The notes below the pieces were generated by a model that saw only the letters and a list, made by a program, of their open reading frames with translations, was not told where the DNA came from and made no database searches. The translations under genes and the position numbers were made by a program. A stretch of 26,480 bases of DNA from a virus (Duplodnaviria; Caudoviricetes): positions 1 through 26,480 of IMG/VR virus record IMGVR_UViG_3300003375_000122. One strand, given 5' to 3'. This document shows, piece by piece, positions 25,584 through 26,480 of this stretch. Position 1 is the stretch's first letter; each line of letters begins with the position of its first letter.

Positions 25584-25755
25584 AATACATCCCTCCACCT
25601 TGTTCTTTAATTATCATAAACTTTGTATTAGATTGTCTTGATTGATTTTCCTTTATATGTTTAAACTCTTTAGCCTCTTGTATTGTCCTAAATCGTTTCA
25701 TATCCGAGCAATCTATTTCCTCGACGTACCTAACAGGTTCAACGGCTATAAGCAT
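25528..25755 (-). CDS. Hypothetical protein
   Basis: GGAGGT SD 6 nt before ATG 25755 (track start 25794). Confidence 0.5.
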   Translation of the reverse strand: MLIAVEPVRYVEEIDCSDMKRFRTIQEAKEFKHIKENQSRQSNTKFMIIKEQGGGMYYVMPNYDGILIGDCYSDQ

Positions 25756-25812
25756 GTCTATACCTCCCCCCACATTCTTATTTTCAACTATCAAGGAATC
25801 ATTGACAGTTCA

Positions 25813-25965
25813 TTATTTATGTTTATTAATCAATTTATAAAGAGTTAAGCAATCTTTCTCAATTTCGGTAGCATCCCATCCCCATTTATTGAACATAAGA
25901 TTGAATAAATTTCTGAATAATTTATCGTTTTTATATAACCATTCGCAGTCGTATTTATGTTCCAT
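25813..25965 (-). CDS. Hypothetical 50-aa protein (below track cutoff)
   Basis: AGGGGG-AATAG-ATG; MEHKYDCEWLYKNDKLFRNLFNLMFNKWGWDATEIEKDCLTLYKLINKHK. Confidence 0.45.
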   Translation of the reverse strand: MEHKYDCEWLYKNDKLFRNLFNLMFNKWGWDATEIEKDCLTLYKLINKHK

Positions 25966-25988
25966 CTATTCCCCCTATGGACAGGCTT

Positions 25989-26279
25989 TCATTTTTCACC
26001 TTCCAGATGTTTGATGATTGCTTTGGCAATATAAACATATAGAGGTGTTATTGGGTATATTATTCTCTCCCATCTCTTTCCTGCCTTCTGTACTATCTTT
26101 GATAAAATTTCCTCGCTAATCCTCTCCTTCGGCAGATTTACTGGAAGTTCAGATATTTCTCTAATAGCTAAGTTTTTACCTGTCTGAGTTAGATTATCAG
26201 CATATGTTCCACCAAAGGGTTCTTCTATTTTTGGTAACTCACAAACATCTTTTACAGTTAAAACTTTTGGCTCGGGCAT
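25989..26279 (-). CDS. Hypothetical protein
   Basis: 96 aa, AAGGA SD. Confidence 0.6.
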   Translation of the reverse strand: MPEPKVLTVKDVCELPKIEEPFGGTYADNLTQTGKNLAIREISELPVNLPKERISEEILSKIVQKAGKRWERIIYPITPLYVYIAKAIIKHLEGEK

Positions 26280-26333
26280 ATTAGTCCTTTTTTATATTCA
26301 TAATATAATTTAAATATCAACCGGTATATTATT

Positions 26334-26480
26334 TTAATCTGCTACTTTCCTAGTTAAATCACTCATATAATCATATTCAAGAGCCCTATCAATTTCCCAA
26401 ATACCTGGCTCAAGCGTAATATTGTCATGACGTTCTTTAACTGCACAATAAACATCCGTCGGAACATCATTCTTAAGCCA
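26334..26480 (-). CDS. Partial (3' end) conserved phage hypothetical protein
   Basis: ...KERHDNITLEPGIWEIDRALEYDYMSDLTRKVAD*; matches the H..i.l.pG.y.i....EYd......VaD ending seen in a widespread phage/bacterial family. Confidence 0.6.
   Translation of the reverse strand, partial: WLKNDVPTDVYCAVKERHDNITLEPGIWEIDRALEYDYMSDLTRKVAD

Noticed and set aside
1650-25848. Other short antisense or alternative-frame ORFs in the track (e.g. 1650..1865, 7522..7809, 15983..16330, 19083..19343, 23971..24279)
   Set aside because: All 115 aa or shorter, overlapping well-supported genes, without recognisable domains; expected shadow ORFs.
1-26480. Stop-codon reassignment, tRNA/rRNA genes, CRISPR array, integrase or lysis genes
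   Set aside because: Standard code gives full-length, tightly packed genes ending in TAA, TGA and TAG; no such features were recognisable by eye.

Overview
AT-rich, densely coding segment of a tailed dsDNA phage (or prophage) with a contractile tail. Almost the whole virion morphogenesis operon runs on the minus strand. In transcription order: a few small hypothetical genes, a sigma70-type promoter, terminase small and large subunits, three GT-A/GT2-like glycosyltransferases, a DUF1073-type portal, a small head protein, a MuF/SPP1-gp7 head morphogenesis protein interrupted by a 318-aa intein, a fourth glycosyltransferase, a promoter/small ORF/terminator cassette, a free-standing GIY-YIG endonuclease, a DUF2213-type prohead protease/scaffold, decoration and major capsid proteins, neck, sheath, tube, chaperones, a short tape measure, baseplate, and fibre genes. 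The most striking element is the intein. It has no recognisable in-frame homing endonuclease. Instead, almost its whole length carries a codon-registered antisense gene (+ strand, 17717..18595) with its own Shine-Dalgarno sequence, encoding an HTH plus Vsr/DUF559-like nuclease. Also notable: four glycosyltransferases embedded in the head module (candidate virion glycosylation), a possible attenuator upstream of the capsid genes, and a spike N-terminal domain fused to a tail-collar/fibre-tip module. All family assignments come from motif recognition by eye; no database search was run.
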